Assembly: GCA_043808155.1 (NCBI GenBank)
Contig: JAZDFD010000013.1
Coordinates: 1-42,657 of the forward strand
Origin: Candidatus Iainarchaeum sp.
GTDB lineage: Archaea > Iainarchaeota > Iainarchaeia > Iainarchaeales > JAZDFD01
Length of the DNA: 42,657 bases
Reading direction: 5' to 3'
The first letter of the stretch is position 1. Each line of letters opens with the position of its first letter. The translations under genes were made by a program, and so were the position numbers. This document shows positions 17,678-28,109 of the stretch, one piece after another. The notes under the pieces are model-generated. The model ran no database searches. It was not told where the DNA came from and worked only from the letters and a program-made list of their open reading frames with translations.

Positions 17678-18475
17678 GTGATGAGAATGTTAAAAAAAGT
17701 ATTAGTATTGTTTTTAGTCCTTATTTGCACTAATTCAGCATATGCTGCAGTCCACATATTAAACCCCGTGGATGTTGTAGTTCCCGATGACGGGGAAGTT
17801 TCATTAGGGTCTGTTGCAGTAGGGGAAATAGCTGAACTGATAATTGATAAAAAATTAGAAAGTATTACTTATTTTGACAGAGCAGAAATAACACAAACTC
17901 TTCCAAAAGGCTGGGCACACATTCCTCTGCTGGAAGACAGAACAATAATTCTGCAACTCAATATCCCAAAAAATGCTTCTGAAAATACATACTCATTTCC
18001 GTTAAAAGTGTGGAACTCCAAAGAACCAGAAAATGCAGAAACAATAAACCTTGTGTTATATGTAAAAAAGAATCTTCTTACTGCAGATGTAATTGAACTC
18101 ATAAAAGAAACAGACATTGAAAATTCTGCAAATTATAATTTCATCCTCATAAATGATTCAATTGCAGAACACAAAGTAAGAATCTCAACAAGCCTTCCGT
18201 CATATTGGTTCCCTACTAAAGAACTCACTCTAAAACCAAAGCAAACACTTGAACTCCCGCTCCAATTAACTCCAAAAACATACGGCGTAAGAGATTTCAA
18301 AATAAATGTTGAAAGCCTTCAGAATAACACAGAATATGAATTTGATGCAAGAATAATCGCAAAGTCCACAATCTCAAGCAAACTCAAAACCCCATTGTAT
18401 GGCTTAGCATTCTTCACACCATCATTAGTTCCCCAGCTTCTTCTCAATGCTTTCATAACTTTAGTTTCTGCTTAG
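17678..18475 (+). CDS. secreted/membrane-anchored beta-rich hypothetical protein
   Basis: Signal peptide (KKVLVLFLVLICTNSAYA), Ig-like alternation, hydrophobic C-terminus. Confidence 0.65.
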   Translation: MMRMLKKVLVLFLVLICTNSAYAAVHILNPVDVVVPDDGEVSLGSVAVGEIAELIIDKKLESITYFDRAEITQTLPKGWAHIPLLEDRTIILQLNIPKNASENTYSFPLKVWNSKEPENAETINLVLYVKKNLLTADVIELIKETDIENSANYNFILINDSIAEHKVRISTSLPSYWFPTKELTLKPKQTLELPLQLTPKTYGVRDFKINVESLQNNTEYEFDARIIAKSTISSKLKTPLYGLAFFTPSLVPQLLLNAFITLVSA

Positions 18476-18512
18476 TTTCAGTTTCTTAAAGTTTTCGCAC
18501 TAATTCTCTGTA

Positions 18513-20129
18513 ATGTCTAATTTCAAAAAAGCAGATGCAAAAAAAGATTCTAAAGATTTCGAAAAAGCCTGCAGATATTTACTTTCACAAATAAAAACAG
18601 GAAAAATAACAAACTACTCCAAATTGACTAATTACAAAAATAAAGCTGCAAAAAAATTCGGAATTGAAAGCACTCCGCGAAATTCAGACATTATAAAATA
18701 CGCAACAAAATCTGATTTAAAAAATTTCAAACATCTACTGACAAAAAAACCATCAAAGGGCTTATCGGGTGTGACAGTTGTTGCAGTAATGACATCCCCT
18801 CACAAATGCCCTGGAAATTGTATTTACTGCCCAACGGGTTTTGATGTTGAAGCACCAAAAAGCTATACTGGGTTTGAACCAGCAGCAAGACGTGCAAGGC
18901 AATTCAATTTTGACCCATATTTACAGGTAACAAACAGACTTTCCCAATACATTGAAACAAACAAACCTGCAGATAAAATTGAACTAATTATAATGGGCGG
19001 AACATTTCTTTCTCAGCCTCAAAAATTTCAGGACAATTTTATGCTTCAATGCATAAATGCAATAACTCAGAAAAATGCAAAAAATCTTTCAACTGCAAAA
19101 AAATATGCTGAGACATCTCAAAACAGGATTTCAGGAATCACTTTTGAAACACGTCCTGATTTTTGCTATAAAACACACATTAACAATATGCTGAATTTCG
19201 GAGGAACACGTGTTGAACTCGGAGTTCAAAACCCAGATGATGAAATATATAAAAGAATTAAACGCGCTCACACTGTAAAACATGTAACAAACGCAACTCA
19301 ATACCTGAAAGATTCTGCATTTAAAGTTGCATATCACATAATGCCTGGCTTACCATTCTCTGACAGAACAACAGACTTGAAAAATTTTAAAATGCTTTTC
19401 AATGATGAACGTTTCCAACCAGATATGCTGAAACTTTATCCCTGTTTAATAATGGAAGGAACAGAACTGTGTGAAATGTACAAGAAAAAAGAATTCAAAC
19501 CATTAACAAATTCACAATCCGCATCATTAATTGCAGAATTCAAAAAACATATTCCAAAATATGTGCGTATTATGCGAATCCAGCGCGACATTCCTGCAAA
19601 TTTAATTGCAGCAGGAACAAAAGCAAGTAACTTGCGTCAATTAGTATCTGCGAAAATGAAAGAAAAAAATGTGAAATGTAATTGTATCCGTTGCAGAGAA
19701 GCAGGTTTGAAATCACACCTGGACAAAATAAATCCTGAAAATATTGAAATCACAACAATGAAATATAATGCAAGCAAAGGAAAAGAAATTTTCATTGCAG
19801 CTGAGGATTTGAAGAAAGATATTTTAGTTGGTTTCTGCAGATTACGAATCCCTTACAAACCATTCAGAAAAGAAATTACATCCAAAACTGCACTGATACG
19901 TGAGCTTCATGTTTACTCCGGAGTTGTCCCAGTGGGAAATAAACCCGCACTTTCTGAATTCCAGCATCGTGGATTTGGAAAAGAATTACTTGCAAAAGCT
20001 GAAGAAATCTCTGTGGATGAATTTGACATGAAAAAAATGGTTGTAATCTCAGGATTGGGCGTAAAGAAGTATTATCACGCACTTGGCTTCAAAAACACAG
20101 GGGTCTACGTGTCCAAAACCTTAAAATAG
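18513..20129 (+). CDS. elp3: Elp3 tRNA U34 carboxymethyltransferase (radical SAM + GNAT)
   Basis: LSGVTVVAVM, CPGNCIYCP, PKSYTG.EPA, ETRPD, RVELGVQ, RELHVY, QHRGFG, VISGLGVKKYY. Confidence 0.95.
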   Translation: MSNFKKADAKKDSKDFEKACRYLLSQIKTGKITNYSKLTNYKNKAAKKFGIESTPRNSDIIKYATKSDLKNFKHLLTKKPSKGLSGVTVVAVMTSPHKCPGNCIYCPTGFDVEAPKSYTGFEPAARRARQFNFDPYLQVTNRLSQYIETNKPADKIELIIMGGTFLSQPQKFQDNFMLQCINAITQKNAKNLSTAKKYAETSQNRISGITFETRPDFCYKTHINNMLNFGGTRVELGVQNPDDEIYKRIKRAHTVKHVTNATQYLKDSAFKVAYHIMPGLPFSDRTTDLKNFKMLFNDERFQPDMLKLYPCLIMEGTELCEMYKKKEFKPLTNSQSASLIAEFKKHIPKYVRIMRIQRDIPANLIAAGTKASNLRQLVSAKMKEKNVKCNCIRCREAGLKSHLDKINPENIEITTMKYNASKGKEIFIAAEDLKKDILVGFCRLRIPYKPFRKEITSKTALIRELHVYSGVVPVGNKPALSEFQHRGFGKELLAKAEEISVDEFDMKKMVVISGLGVKKYYHALGFKNTGVYVSKTLK

Positions 20130-20148
20130 ATAAAGATCATATTCTAAC

Positions 20149-20460
20149 ATGGATCCACAAGAAAAGTTCGTAATGTACTTGCAGAACAATCCTCAGTTCA
20201 ACTCAATTTCTCAAAGCGAACTCTTCATGAAAATAATTTCCGAGCTGAATAAAAAAGCGCATCCATTCATTGAATTAAGAGAGCTTTTCCCTGCAATTGA
20301 GGAAAAAGACATGCAAACCATATTGGATGCCTTGGAGTCTGTTCAAATCATCAAAAAAACCAAAGTAAACTGGAATACCTATGTTTATTATACTACTCAG
20401 GAGGCTAAAAACCTCTTAGAACATTATAAAAACGCAAAAAAACACTTCGATCTGGACTAA
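20149..20460 (+). CDS. putative winged-helix protein
   Basis: ILDALESVQIIKK...YYTTQEAK pattern typical of wHTH recognition helix and wing. Confidence 0.5.
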   Translation: MDPQEKFVMYLQNNPQFNSISQSELFMKIISELNKKAHPFIELRELFPAIEEKDMQTILDALESVQIIKKTKVNWNTYVYYTTQEAKNLLEHYKNAKKHFDLD

Positions 20461-20539
20461 TTCTGGCTCAAAATCCTACTAATATATAAATATATAATAT
20501 ATAGAAAATGATTATAGGACTTTAAAGGAGAGGTCAAAA

Positions 20540-20917
20540 ATGGCAAAAGCTTTCATAGCAACACTCGGAATCGGAAAAGGCACATGGGGTCATGTGGCAA
20601 GACTGATTTCAGAGGGCGAATGGGATAAAGTAGTATTAATTTCCAATGAGTGGGGTAAAGAAAACTTCAAAATCTCTAAAGATGAAGAAGAAAACGCAAA
20701 AAAATTAAAAAATTCCGACTGGGCAATTGTGAACACGAATGCTGGCTTCGACACAATCAAAGACGTAATAAAGGACAAACTTCCTTCAGGCGATGTTCAC
20801 GTAAGTTTGATTTCCGGCTCAGGTAAAGAACACATGGCTGTTCTTGCTGCATTAAAAGAATCAGGCACTAACTTCAAATTAATAACACTTACTGGTGACG
20901 GAACAAAAACATACTAA
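20540..20917 (+). CDS. small Rossmann-like protein, possibly a stand-alone CARF-like domain
   Basis: FIATLGIGKGTWGHV, WDKVVLISN, VHVSLISGSGKEHMAVLAAL; TATA-rich upstream and AGGAGAGGT RBS. Confidence 0.5.
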   Translation: MAKAFIATLGIGKGTWGHVARLISEGEWDKVVLISNEWGKENFKISKDEEENAKKLKNSDWAIVNTNAGFDTIKDVIKDKLPSGDVHVSLISGSGKEHMAVLAALKESGTNFKLITLTGDGTKTY

Positions 20918-20978
20918 CTTTCACAAATCACTTTATGTGAATTCTGTTTTAGTTAATCTCGACTCAGTGATTTATGTT

Positions 20979-22019
20979 CTAGTTAATCTGGAATCTCAAA
21001 ATAGCAGCAATCCCTGTAATTGATTCCAGTTTTTTTCCTGCTTCATTTCCAGAACTGATTATATTCACATTAGCTTTGCCTAATTCTGCATTTTTCATTA
21101 TTTCTTCTAATTCATCACGTTTACTAATGAGCATTTTATCAAGAATCAGCAATTCAGAAACTGCGTGCATCGCAACCGCAGATTTCACTTCTTCAAGTCC
21201 ATAAGAAACCAATCCCGAACTCTTGCCAAGTTCTTCAAAAACTTTCTCAACCAACTTTGCTTCTTTACTTATTTGTGTTTCTTCAACAATCTTATCCAGA
21301 ATTCCGGTTTTTAACAATTCATTTAATCCTGTAACTCCAACTGAATTGCAACTTTCATAAAAGATTTTGCCATTAAATTTTTTACCCTGAACATATTTGC
21401 CAAATTTATTTCGCGTAAACCCCGGGCCTGCAATAACAACTTCCTCTGGTTCATACTCCAGAATTTTATCAAAAACCTGTTTGAAATAATTTTCCTCAGT
21501 TCCCAAATCTTCCTCAAACATCTTTCCTTTTTTTCCTGAATTAATAACAGCTCTTGGTTCCATTTTGAATTCTTTCATAATTGCAAAACTCGCACTTTCA
21601 TCATCCATCACAATTAGAAGCACAGGACTCTTATGCGTTGCTTTCTTAGCTTTCTCTAATCTGTCAACATGATGTTTGCCCCAAATATGTTTCACTATTT
21701 CAATATCCTTCCCAGTTTGCACATCAATTGACTGATGTGATTTCATTTCAATAAATTCTTCAGGTTTCCCGCCTAAAATAATTCCGTTAATTCTCAGATT
21801 GCCTGTTGTTTCATGAAACTCAACACTTTCTACTTCTAATATAACGAAAAGTTTCACTCTTTTAGCATCTCTTCCTTCTTCACTTTTAATTTTCCTGTCA
21901 GTGCTGCCGCTAACTAAATCTCCTTTCTCAATAACTCTTTCCAGATGCCATAAATCATCTTTTGTTTCCGGCACTAGTTTCAGAGTTTTACTCTTTGCAT
22001 CCACTTTCAGAATTTTCAT
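20979..22019 (-). CDS. pelA: Pelota (Dom34) ribosome rescue factor
   Basis: PETKDDLWHL, LRINGII, IAGPGF, VSYGLEEV, GIAAILRF. Confidence 0.95.
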   Translation of the reverse strand: MKILKVDAKSKTLKLVPETKDDLWHLERVIEKGDLVSGSTDRKIKSEEGRDAKRVKLFVILEVESVEFHETTGNLRINGIILGGKPEEFIEMKSHQSIDVQTGKDIEIVKHIWGKHHVDRLEKAKKATHKSPVLLIVMDDESASFAIMKEFKMEPRAVINSGKKGKMFEEDLGTEENYFKQVFDKILEYEPEEVVIAGPGFTRNKFGKYVQGKKFNGKIFYESCNSVGVTGLNELLKTGILDKIVEETQISKEAKLVEKVFEELGKSSGLVSYGLEEVKSAVAMHAVSELLILDKMLISKRDELEEIMKNAELGKANVNIISSGNEAGKKLESITGIAAILRFQIN

Positions 22020-22046
22020 TTTGTCACCAAAATACTTTCAGAATTT

Positions 22047-22712
22047 TCATTCTGTTAATTCTCTTTCACCAAAAATTCCGCGCCCAATTCTTACAATATT
22101 TGCGCCTTCCTGAATTGCAACTTCAAAATCATTTGTCATTCCCATTGAAAGAAATTGCATTTCATATTTATTGCTGTTCCCCAGCTTATTAAAAATCATC
22201 CCCATTGCAGAATAAATCCCTCTCAGCTGATCCCATTCACAAATTGGAGGGACAGTCATAAGCCCCTTTACTTTAATTCCCTTAAACTCTGAAATATCAT
22301 CCAAAAACTTCCCAATTTCCTTAATCTCAACACCATAATCTTTTCCCAAATCAGTTCTCACTTGCACAAGCACAGGCATTACTTTCTTCATCTCAATACA
22401 TGCATCACTTAATTTCTCTGCAGTTTTCACAGAATCAATACTCTCAACAAAATCAAACAGCTCAGCAGCTTTCTTTGCTTTATTACTCTGAAGATGCCCA
22501 ACCATGTGCCTTTCACACTTCTTCAGTTTAGGAAACTTCTCTTCTGCTTCCTGGATCCTGTTTTCACCAACAGCCTTAATCCCTGCGTCAATTGCCTCAT
22601 TAACCACTTCAGCACTGAAGCCCTTCCCAACAGCCACTACCTTAACCTCACGCGAATCCTTCGCAGCTTCCTTAACACTTTTCAGTACTTCGGCAATATT
22701 TTCCTTAATCAT
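22047..22712 (-). CDS. yggS: YggS/PLPBP pyridoxal phosphate homeostasis protein
   Basis: VVAVGK, GENRIQE, HMVGHLQSNKAK, GLMT, LSMGMTNDFEVAIQEGANIVRIGRGIFG; start moved to ATG 22712. Confidence 0.93.
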   Translation of the reverse strand: MIKENIAEVLKSVKEAAKDSREVKVVAVGKGFSAEVVNEAIDAGIKAVGENRIQEAEEKFPKLKKCERHMVGHLQSNKAKKAAELFDFVESIDSVKTAEKLSDACIEMKKVMPVLVQVRTDLGKDYGVEIKEIGKFLDDISEFKGIKVKGLMTVPPICEWDQLRGIYSAMGMIFNKLGNSNKYEMQFLSMGMTNDFEVAIQEGANIVRIGRGIFGERELTE

Positions 22713-22755
22713 GACATAATTCAATGGAAGCACTATTAAAAAGTTTTTCCAATCC

Positions 22756-24549
22756 ATGTCATACATGGCTTCAGATGAAAGTAAAAAATTGAGGATTGCG
22801 GTAATAGATTACGACAAGTGCCAGCCTGATAAATGCAATTACTTATGCATAAGGGTTTGCCCAGTCAACAGAACAGACAAGGAATGCATTGTGGAATCGC
22901 CAGAAACCAAAAAACCCACAATTGCAGAAACGCTCTGTACTGGCTGCGGAATATGTGTTCACAAATGCCCTTTTAGTGCAATCTCAATCGTAAACTTAAG
23001 CTCTGAACTTGACATTCCGCTTCACCAATATGGGCAAAACACTTTCAGATTATACCACTCACCAACACCAAAAGAAAATTCAGTTGTTGGTTTGATTGGA
23101 AAAAACGGAATTGGAAAAAGTACTGCACTGAAAATTCTCGCAGGTCATATTGTGCCAAACCTTGGTAATTTTGAAAATGAAAAACCCTCTTACCATGAAA
23201 TTGTAAAATATTTCAGAGGAAATGAACTGCAAAACTTCTTTGAGAAATTAGAAAAAGGAGATATAACTTTAGCCTACAAACTTCAGAATGTTGATGAAAT
23301 TAATGAAAAATTCAAAGGCACTGTTCTGAAATTATTGGAAACATTTGATGAAAAAAATCAGCTGAATGAATTTGCTGAAAAATTAGAAATCTCAAAAATC
23401 CTAAATCACGAAATTGCAAAAATTTCCGGTGGTGAATTACAACGCGTTGCAATTGCAGCAACAATGCTAAGAAAAGCAAATATTTACTTTTTTGATGAAC
23501 CCTCAAGCTACTTAGACGTAAGGCAAAGATTAAGAGTGGCAAAACTCATACGTGAAATTTCTGAAAACGCCTCTGTAATTGTTGTTGAGCACGATCTCGC
23601 AGTTCTTGACTATCTGTCAGATTACATAAACATTCTTTACGGAATTCCAGGAGTGTATGGTGTCTGCTCAGCTTCCAAAAGTGTAAAAAACGGAATTAAT
23701 GAATTTTTAGAAGGCTACTTGAAAGATGAAAATGTAAAATTCCGCTCAAAGGAATTAAAATTTGCAATAAACCCGCCTTCACACTCCGAGAACAGAATTG
23801 CATTTTTAGAATATCCTTCAATTGAAAAAAAATACAAATCCTTTTCTCTCAAAACTGAACCAGGAACATTAATGAAAGGTGAAGTTTTAGGAATTTTAGG
23901 TCCGAACGCAATTGGAAAAACAACTTTTGTAAAAATTCTCGCAGGAGTTGAAAAACCAGATAATACTGAATTAAATTTCAAATTCAAAATTGCATACAAA
24001 CCACAATATCTCAAACCCGAAGAAGACACTGTTGTTTCAGATTTATTCACAAATGAAATTGATATGGAACTTTTCAAGTCCGAAATTGAAAGACGATTAG
24101 ATGTGAAGAAATTATTTGACAGCCAGCTTACAGAATTAAGCGGCGGTGAATTGCAGCGAGTTTCAGTTGCATTAACTCTCTGCAGAAAATCAGATTTGAT
24201 TCTTTTAGATGAACCTTCTGCTTTCATTGATGTTGAAGACAGACTGAATATTGCGGATGCAATTAAAGCAGTTGCAAATCTCAAAAATAAAGTAATAATG
24301 GTTGTAGACCACGACATCCTCTTTCAGGACTATGTTTCTGACAGATTAATCATTTTTGAAGGAACTCCTTCTCAAAATGGAAAGGCCAATGCCCCAGTTG
24401 AAATGCATGAAGGAATGAATTCATTCCTAAAAGACATGGATTTAACTTTCAGAAGAGACCCTGAAACAGGACGTCCGCGTGCAAATAAGAAGGATTCGGT
24501 AAAGGACCGGGAACAGAAGCAGCGCGGAGAATACTATTATACTGCGTAA
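22756..24549 (+). CDS. rli: ABCE1/RLI ribosome recycling ATPase
   Basis: N-terminal Fe-S Cys clusters (CTGCGICVHKCP), two ABC domains, TFRRDPETGRPRANK. Confidence 0.96.
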   Translation: MSYMASDESKKLRIAVIDYDKCQPDKCNYLCIRVCPVNRTDKECIVESPETKKPTIAETLCTGCGICVHKCPFSAISIVNLSSELDIPLHQYGQNTFRLYHSPTPKENSVVGLIGKNGIGKSTALKILAGHIVPNLGNFENEKPSYHEIVKYFRGNELQNFFEKLEKGDITLAYKLQNVDEINEKFKGTVLKLLETFDEKNQLNEFAEKLEISKILNHEIAKISGGELQRVAIAATMLRKANIYFFDEPSSYLDVRQRLRVAKLIREISENASVIVVEHDLAVLDYLSDYINILYGIPGVYGVCSASKSVKNGINEFLEGYLKDENVKFRSKELKFAINPPSHSENRIAFLEYPSIEKKYKSFSLKTEPGTLMKGEVLGILGPNAIGKTTFVKILAGVEKPDNTELNFKFKIAYKPQYLKPEEDTVVSDLFTNEIDMELFKSEIERRLDVKKLFDSQLTELSGGELQRVSVALTLCRKSDLILLDEPSAFIDVEDRLNIADAIKAVANLKNKVIMVVDHDILFQDYVSDRLIIFEGTPSQNGKANAPVEMHEGMNSFLKDMDLTFRRDPETGRPRANKKDSVKDREQKQRGEYYYTA

Positions 24550-24733
24550 TCTCTTTTTCATTTTCCGTAAGTATATTCGCAACTCCTGCCTCTGCAATCG
24601 CATCAGCAACTCCCACAACCTCAATATCCGCCTTACTTTTATCTTCCCCTTTATTAGAAATCACAGGCCACAGCACAATAACAATTGCAAATGCAATCAC
24701 AAGAACTGAAAAAACTCTCAAAACAGATTTCAT
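24449..24733 (-). CDS. small single-TM hypothetical protein
   Basis: N-terminal hydrophobic helix; 3' end overlaps the ABCE1 gene by 101 nt. Confidence 0.4.
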   Translation of the reverse strand: MKSVLRVFSVLVIAFAIVIVLWPVISNKGEDKSKADIEVVGVADAIAEAGVANILTENEKEITQYNSILRAASVPGPLPNPSYLHADVLFQGLF

Positions 24734-24798
24734 AAATCAATTATCTATGCGCTTTATTAAAGCACTTTTCATTTTATTAGAGAAAAAGCTAAACATCA

Positions 24799-25302
24799 TC
24801 ATTTAGCATATACATTTGTATTATTTGCATGGTAATCTTTGATTCCGAATGTGCATGGCGTTCCTGGGATCAAGTTTTCAAGTCTTTTATCAATTTCAAT
24901 ATCTTTTTGATAATATGTAACTGAACCGCCGTTACACCTTAAAGTTATTGTATCCGCGGTAGGCGTTGGATTATAAGTGTCCACAGTACAAGTAATCCCA
25001 CCTGCATAAGTATCATTTAATTCTTCCACTGCATCTTGTAAATCTAAACGAATTGTTGTATTTGTTGAATTGTTTATGCATGCTGGTGAGGGCCCAATGC
25101 CTTCATATAATGAATGTTCAAAAGCACCATCTAAAATCAATTCAGCTCTTGCAGACGCTTTCTTAACTTTGAGAATGTCCCCATTTGCACTACTCCCCAA
25201 ATTGCTTTTTTCAGAACCTAAAAAAACAAATATATTTGCAGCAATAAGTAAAATTATTAAAATTCCAATAGCGGATGTGTATAAGCCCTTATTATTCATC
25301 AT
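24799..25302 (-). CDS. pilin-like protein (class III signal peptide)
   Basis: NNKG|LYTSAIGILIILLIAA. Confidence 0.65.
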   Translation of the reverse strand: MMNNKGLYTSAIGILIILLIAANIFVFLGSEKSNLGSSANGDILKVKKASARAELILDGAFEHSLYEGIGPSPACINNSTNTTIRLDLQDAVEELNDTYAGGITCTVDTYNPTPTADTITLRCNGGSVTYYQKDIEIDKRLENLIPGTPCTFGIKDYHANNTNVYAK

Positions 25303-25622
25303 GCATCGCCCTTACAAAAATTATCAAAAGTTATATTTCCCATACCCATATCATATTCAAAACCATAACTGCAATAATAATTATTACTTGTAGGTGTATT
25401 TGGGGTTATGCCGTAAATATTAAATTCGTTTTCAATTTCTAGTGGAGTATTTACACCTTTATAATGTGCAACAAAAGTTGCATCTTCAGTTTGCGTTTTA
25501 TAATTTTCAAACACTTTTGAGTTATCAGTTGCAGGATGGTTAATAACCATAAATGCAGAAAATATGATGATTAAAATAATTGCAATCACTGCATCAACTG
25601 TGAAAAAATAACCTTTTTTCAT
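25299..25622 (-). CDS. pilin-like protein (class III signal peptide)
   Basis: MKKG|YFFTVDAVIAIILIII. Confidence 0.75.
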   Translation of the reverse strand: MKKGYFFTVDAVIAIILIIIFSAFMVINHPATDNSKVFENYKTQTEDATFVAHYKGVNTPLEIENEFNIYGITPNTPTSNNYYCSYGFEYDMGMGNITFDNFCKGDA

Positions 25623-26164
25623 TATGGCACCTTCCAGACTTTTACTGTTAAAGCCCTATTTTGTAACTCGCCACAGCCCACGCCAGTCATGCATTGCAAA
25701 TAAAGCTTTTGTTTTTTAATCCCTGGTTGATTTGCAGGACTCCAAAATACGATTAGTCTATCTGCTGAATAGTAACTTTCAGATGGATTACTTACATTAA
25801 CTTGATTTCCCTGGAAATTACTTCCTTGGTCTAAATCAATACGTAAATCATAATCAGAAGGTACCCCCAACAATATTTTAATTTCAGAATGTGTTTTACC
25901 ATTAAAAACGCTTTTAACAATGCAATTTTGCAATTCTCCAATTTTCACACTTGAATTATCTAATAAGTCGCAAGTAACATCAGGATGCGAAACCAAAATA
26001 TCCGCTGCAGTTTCACCAATTCTTGCAAGTTCATTATGAACTTCCATCTCTTTCATTGTGTACTGATTTGTTTCAATAGTCTGCATTGTCAGTCCCAGAG
26101 CAACAACTACTAAAACAACTGAAAGTATAAAATCCAGTGATGCAATCTGCGCTTTTGAATTCAT
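25622..26164 (-). CDS. pilin-like protein (class III signal peptide)
   Basis: MNSKA|QIASLDFILSVVLVVV; ATGA coupling supports start 26164. Confidence 0.8.
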   Translation of the reverse strand: MNSKAQIASLDFILSVVLVVVALGLTMQTIETNQYTMKEMEVHNELARIGETAADILVSHPDVTCDLLDNSSVKIGELQNCIVKSVFNGKTHSEIKILLGVPSDYDLRIDLDQGSNFQGNQVNVSNPSESYYSADRLIVFWSPANQPGIKKQKLYLQCMTGVGCGELQNRALTVKVWKVP

Positions 26165-26559
26165 CCTGTTATCACCATTGTTTGTCCGCATTGTAAACTA
26201 TCTGGTGAAATTGCAGGTTTTGCAAAAGGAATTGTTGAACTTACGTCACCCACATCCGGAACATTGACTGAAATTAATATACTGTCTGCATTAAGAGTTA
26301 TTGAACATGGTAAAATACCCTCCGCAGTCCTAATCTTCGGAACATCATAAGTAACAGAAAAAGAATCCCCGCCTGCAAGAACAGTCGCAGAATTCAAAAC
26401 AGAAGCCAGCTCATTCCCAATCTGGCGTTCCTGACTTCTGATGCTGTCAATTTTAGCGTTATCTGCCATCACACCTACAACTAATGCAATTGAACCAACA
26501 AAGATAACTGCTACAATTGCTATCAGTATTAAATCAAAACTAATTTGCCCTTTTCTCAT
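26161..26559 (-). CDS. pilin-like protein (class III signal peptide)
   Basis: MRKG|QISFDLILIAIVAVIF. Confidence 0.8.
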   Translation of the reverse strand: MRKGQISFDLILIAIVAVIFVGSIALVVGVMADNAKIDSIRSQERQIGNELASVLNSATVLAGGDSFSVTYDVPKIRTAEGILPCSITLNADSILISVNVPDVGDVSSTIPFAKPAISPDSLQCGQTMVITG

Positions 26560-26603
26560 TTCAGTAATAATAGAATTAACGTATATATAAGAATTCGCCT
26601 AAA

Positions 26604-28109
26604 TCAATGAATAAGACTTTTACCAGTCATTTCTGCGGGTTTTTTCAAATTCATAATTTTAAGAATAGTTGGCGCAATATCCCTCAATGCACCTGATTTA
26701 ACCCTACATTTTCTCAATTTTTTATCATCCGAAATAATCACAAAAGGAACATCATTTTTTGTATGTGCAGTTTCACTTTCCCCGTGAACATACTCTGCAT
26801 TTCCATGATCTGCAGTTAAAATCAGAGTGCCATCACATTCTTCAACCCCCCTCCAAATAATTCCAATTGCTTTATCAACTGCTTCAACTCCCTTCAAAAT
26901 TGCACTCATTTTTCCAGTATGCCCAACCATATCGCAATTTACTAAATTACAAACAACAAAACCATATTTCTCAGTTTTCAATTCCGTTACAAGAGTGTTC
27001 GCAATATCCAAAGCACGCATTTCAGGTTCCAAATCATATGTTGCAACTTTCGGAGAGGGAATCAAAATTCTTGTTTCACCTGTAAATGGTTTTTCAATTT
27101 CTGCATTAAAAAAGTAAGTAACATGTGCGTATTTTTCCGTTTCTGAAATCCTCAATTGTTTAATCTTCTTCTTTGAAAGAAACTCACCTAAACAATTCTT
27201 AATAACTCTTTCAGGATAAGCAATTTCTGCATTAACGTCTTTGTAATACTGGGTCATGCACACATAAGTGATTTTCAGTTTCTTTCTTTTAAATTCTTTG
27301 AAATTATTTTCAACAAACGCTTTTGTAATCTGCCTTGCTCTGTCAGCTCTGTAATTAAAAAAAATCACGGAATCATCATCGCAAACACCTGTGTAATTCC
27401 CAATTACACTTGGTAGGACAAACTCATCAGTTTCTTTTCTTTTGTAAGCATTTTTTATTGCAAGTTCAGCTGTCTTAGATTTAATTCCCTCCCCTTTGGC
27501 AATTGCATCATACGCTTTTTCTATCCTTTTCCATCTGTTATCTCTGTCCATTGCATAGTATCTTCCCGAAACAGTTGCAATTTCTCCAATTCCAGTTTTT
27601 TTCATTTTCTTTTCAAGAGATTTCAAAAACTTTAATGCACTTTTCGGAGGAGTGTCTCTCCCGTCTGCAAAAAAATGAATTTTCACATCTTTAAATTTCT
27701 CTTTCCTGCACAATTCCAACAAAGAAAACAAATGTTCCTGATGTGAATGAACTCCCTCATCCTGCACCAACCCCGTCAGATGCAATTTACTCTTCTTCTT
27801 TTTACAATTTCTAATTGCTTTCAAAAACGCTTTATTTTTGAAGAATTTCTTTTTTCTAATTTCCTCATTAATTCTCGCAAGTGATTGTAAAACAACTCTT
27901 CCTGCACCAATATTCAGATGCCCCACTTCGGAACTTCCCTGATAACCTTTTGGTAAACCAACAAATTCACCATGCGCTTTCAATTTAGAATGAGGGTAAT
28001 TTTTCCAGAAATAATCAAAGTTTTTAGTATCTGCGTTTTCAATTGCATTATACTTTCCTTTCTTCCCAATACCAAAACCATCCATCACAACTAAAACAAC
28101 TGGTTTCAT
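26604..28109 (-). CDS. gpmI: 2,3-bisphosphoglycerate-independent phosphoglycerate mutase, bacterial type
   Basis: LVVMDGFG, SEVGHLNIGAGR, DGRDTPP, GRYYAMDRD, ETEKYAHVT, DMVGHTG, TADHGN. Confidence 0.96.
   Translation of the reverse strand: MKPVVLVVMDGFGIGKKGKYNAIENADTKNFDYFWKNYPHSKLKAHGEFVGLPKGYQGSSEVGHLNIGAGRVVLQSLARINEEIRKKKFFKNKAFLKAIRNCKKKKSKLHLTGLVQDEGVHSHQEHLFSLLELCRKEKFKDVKIHFFADGRDTPPKSALKFLKSLEKKMKKTGIGEIATVSGRYYAMDRDNRWKRIEKAYDAIAKGEGIKSKTAELAIKNAYKRKETDEFVLPSVIGNYTGVCDDDSVIFFNYRADRARQITKAFVENNFKEFKRKKLKITYVCMTQYYKDVNAEIAYPERVIKNCLGEFLSKKKIKQLRISETEKYAHVTYFFNAEIEKPFTGETRILIPSPKVATYDLEPEMRALDIANTLVTELKTEKYGFVVCNLVNCDMVGHTGKMSAILKGVEAVDKAIGIIWRGVEECDGTLILTADHGNAEYVHGESETAHTKNDVPFVIISDDKKLRKCRVKSGALRDIAPTILKIMNLKKPAEMTGKSLIH

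Noticed and set aside
20918-20995. Short near-duplicate of the pelota 3' end (tagttaatct) with weak inverted repeats
   Set aside because: Short and AT-rich; adequately explained as a terminator region between convergent genes
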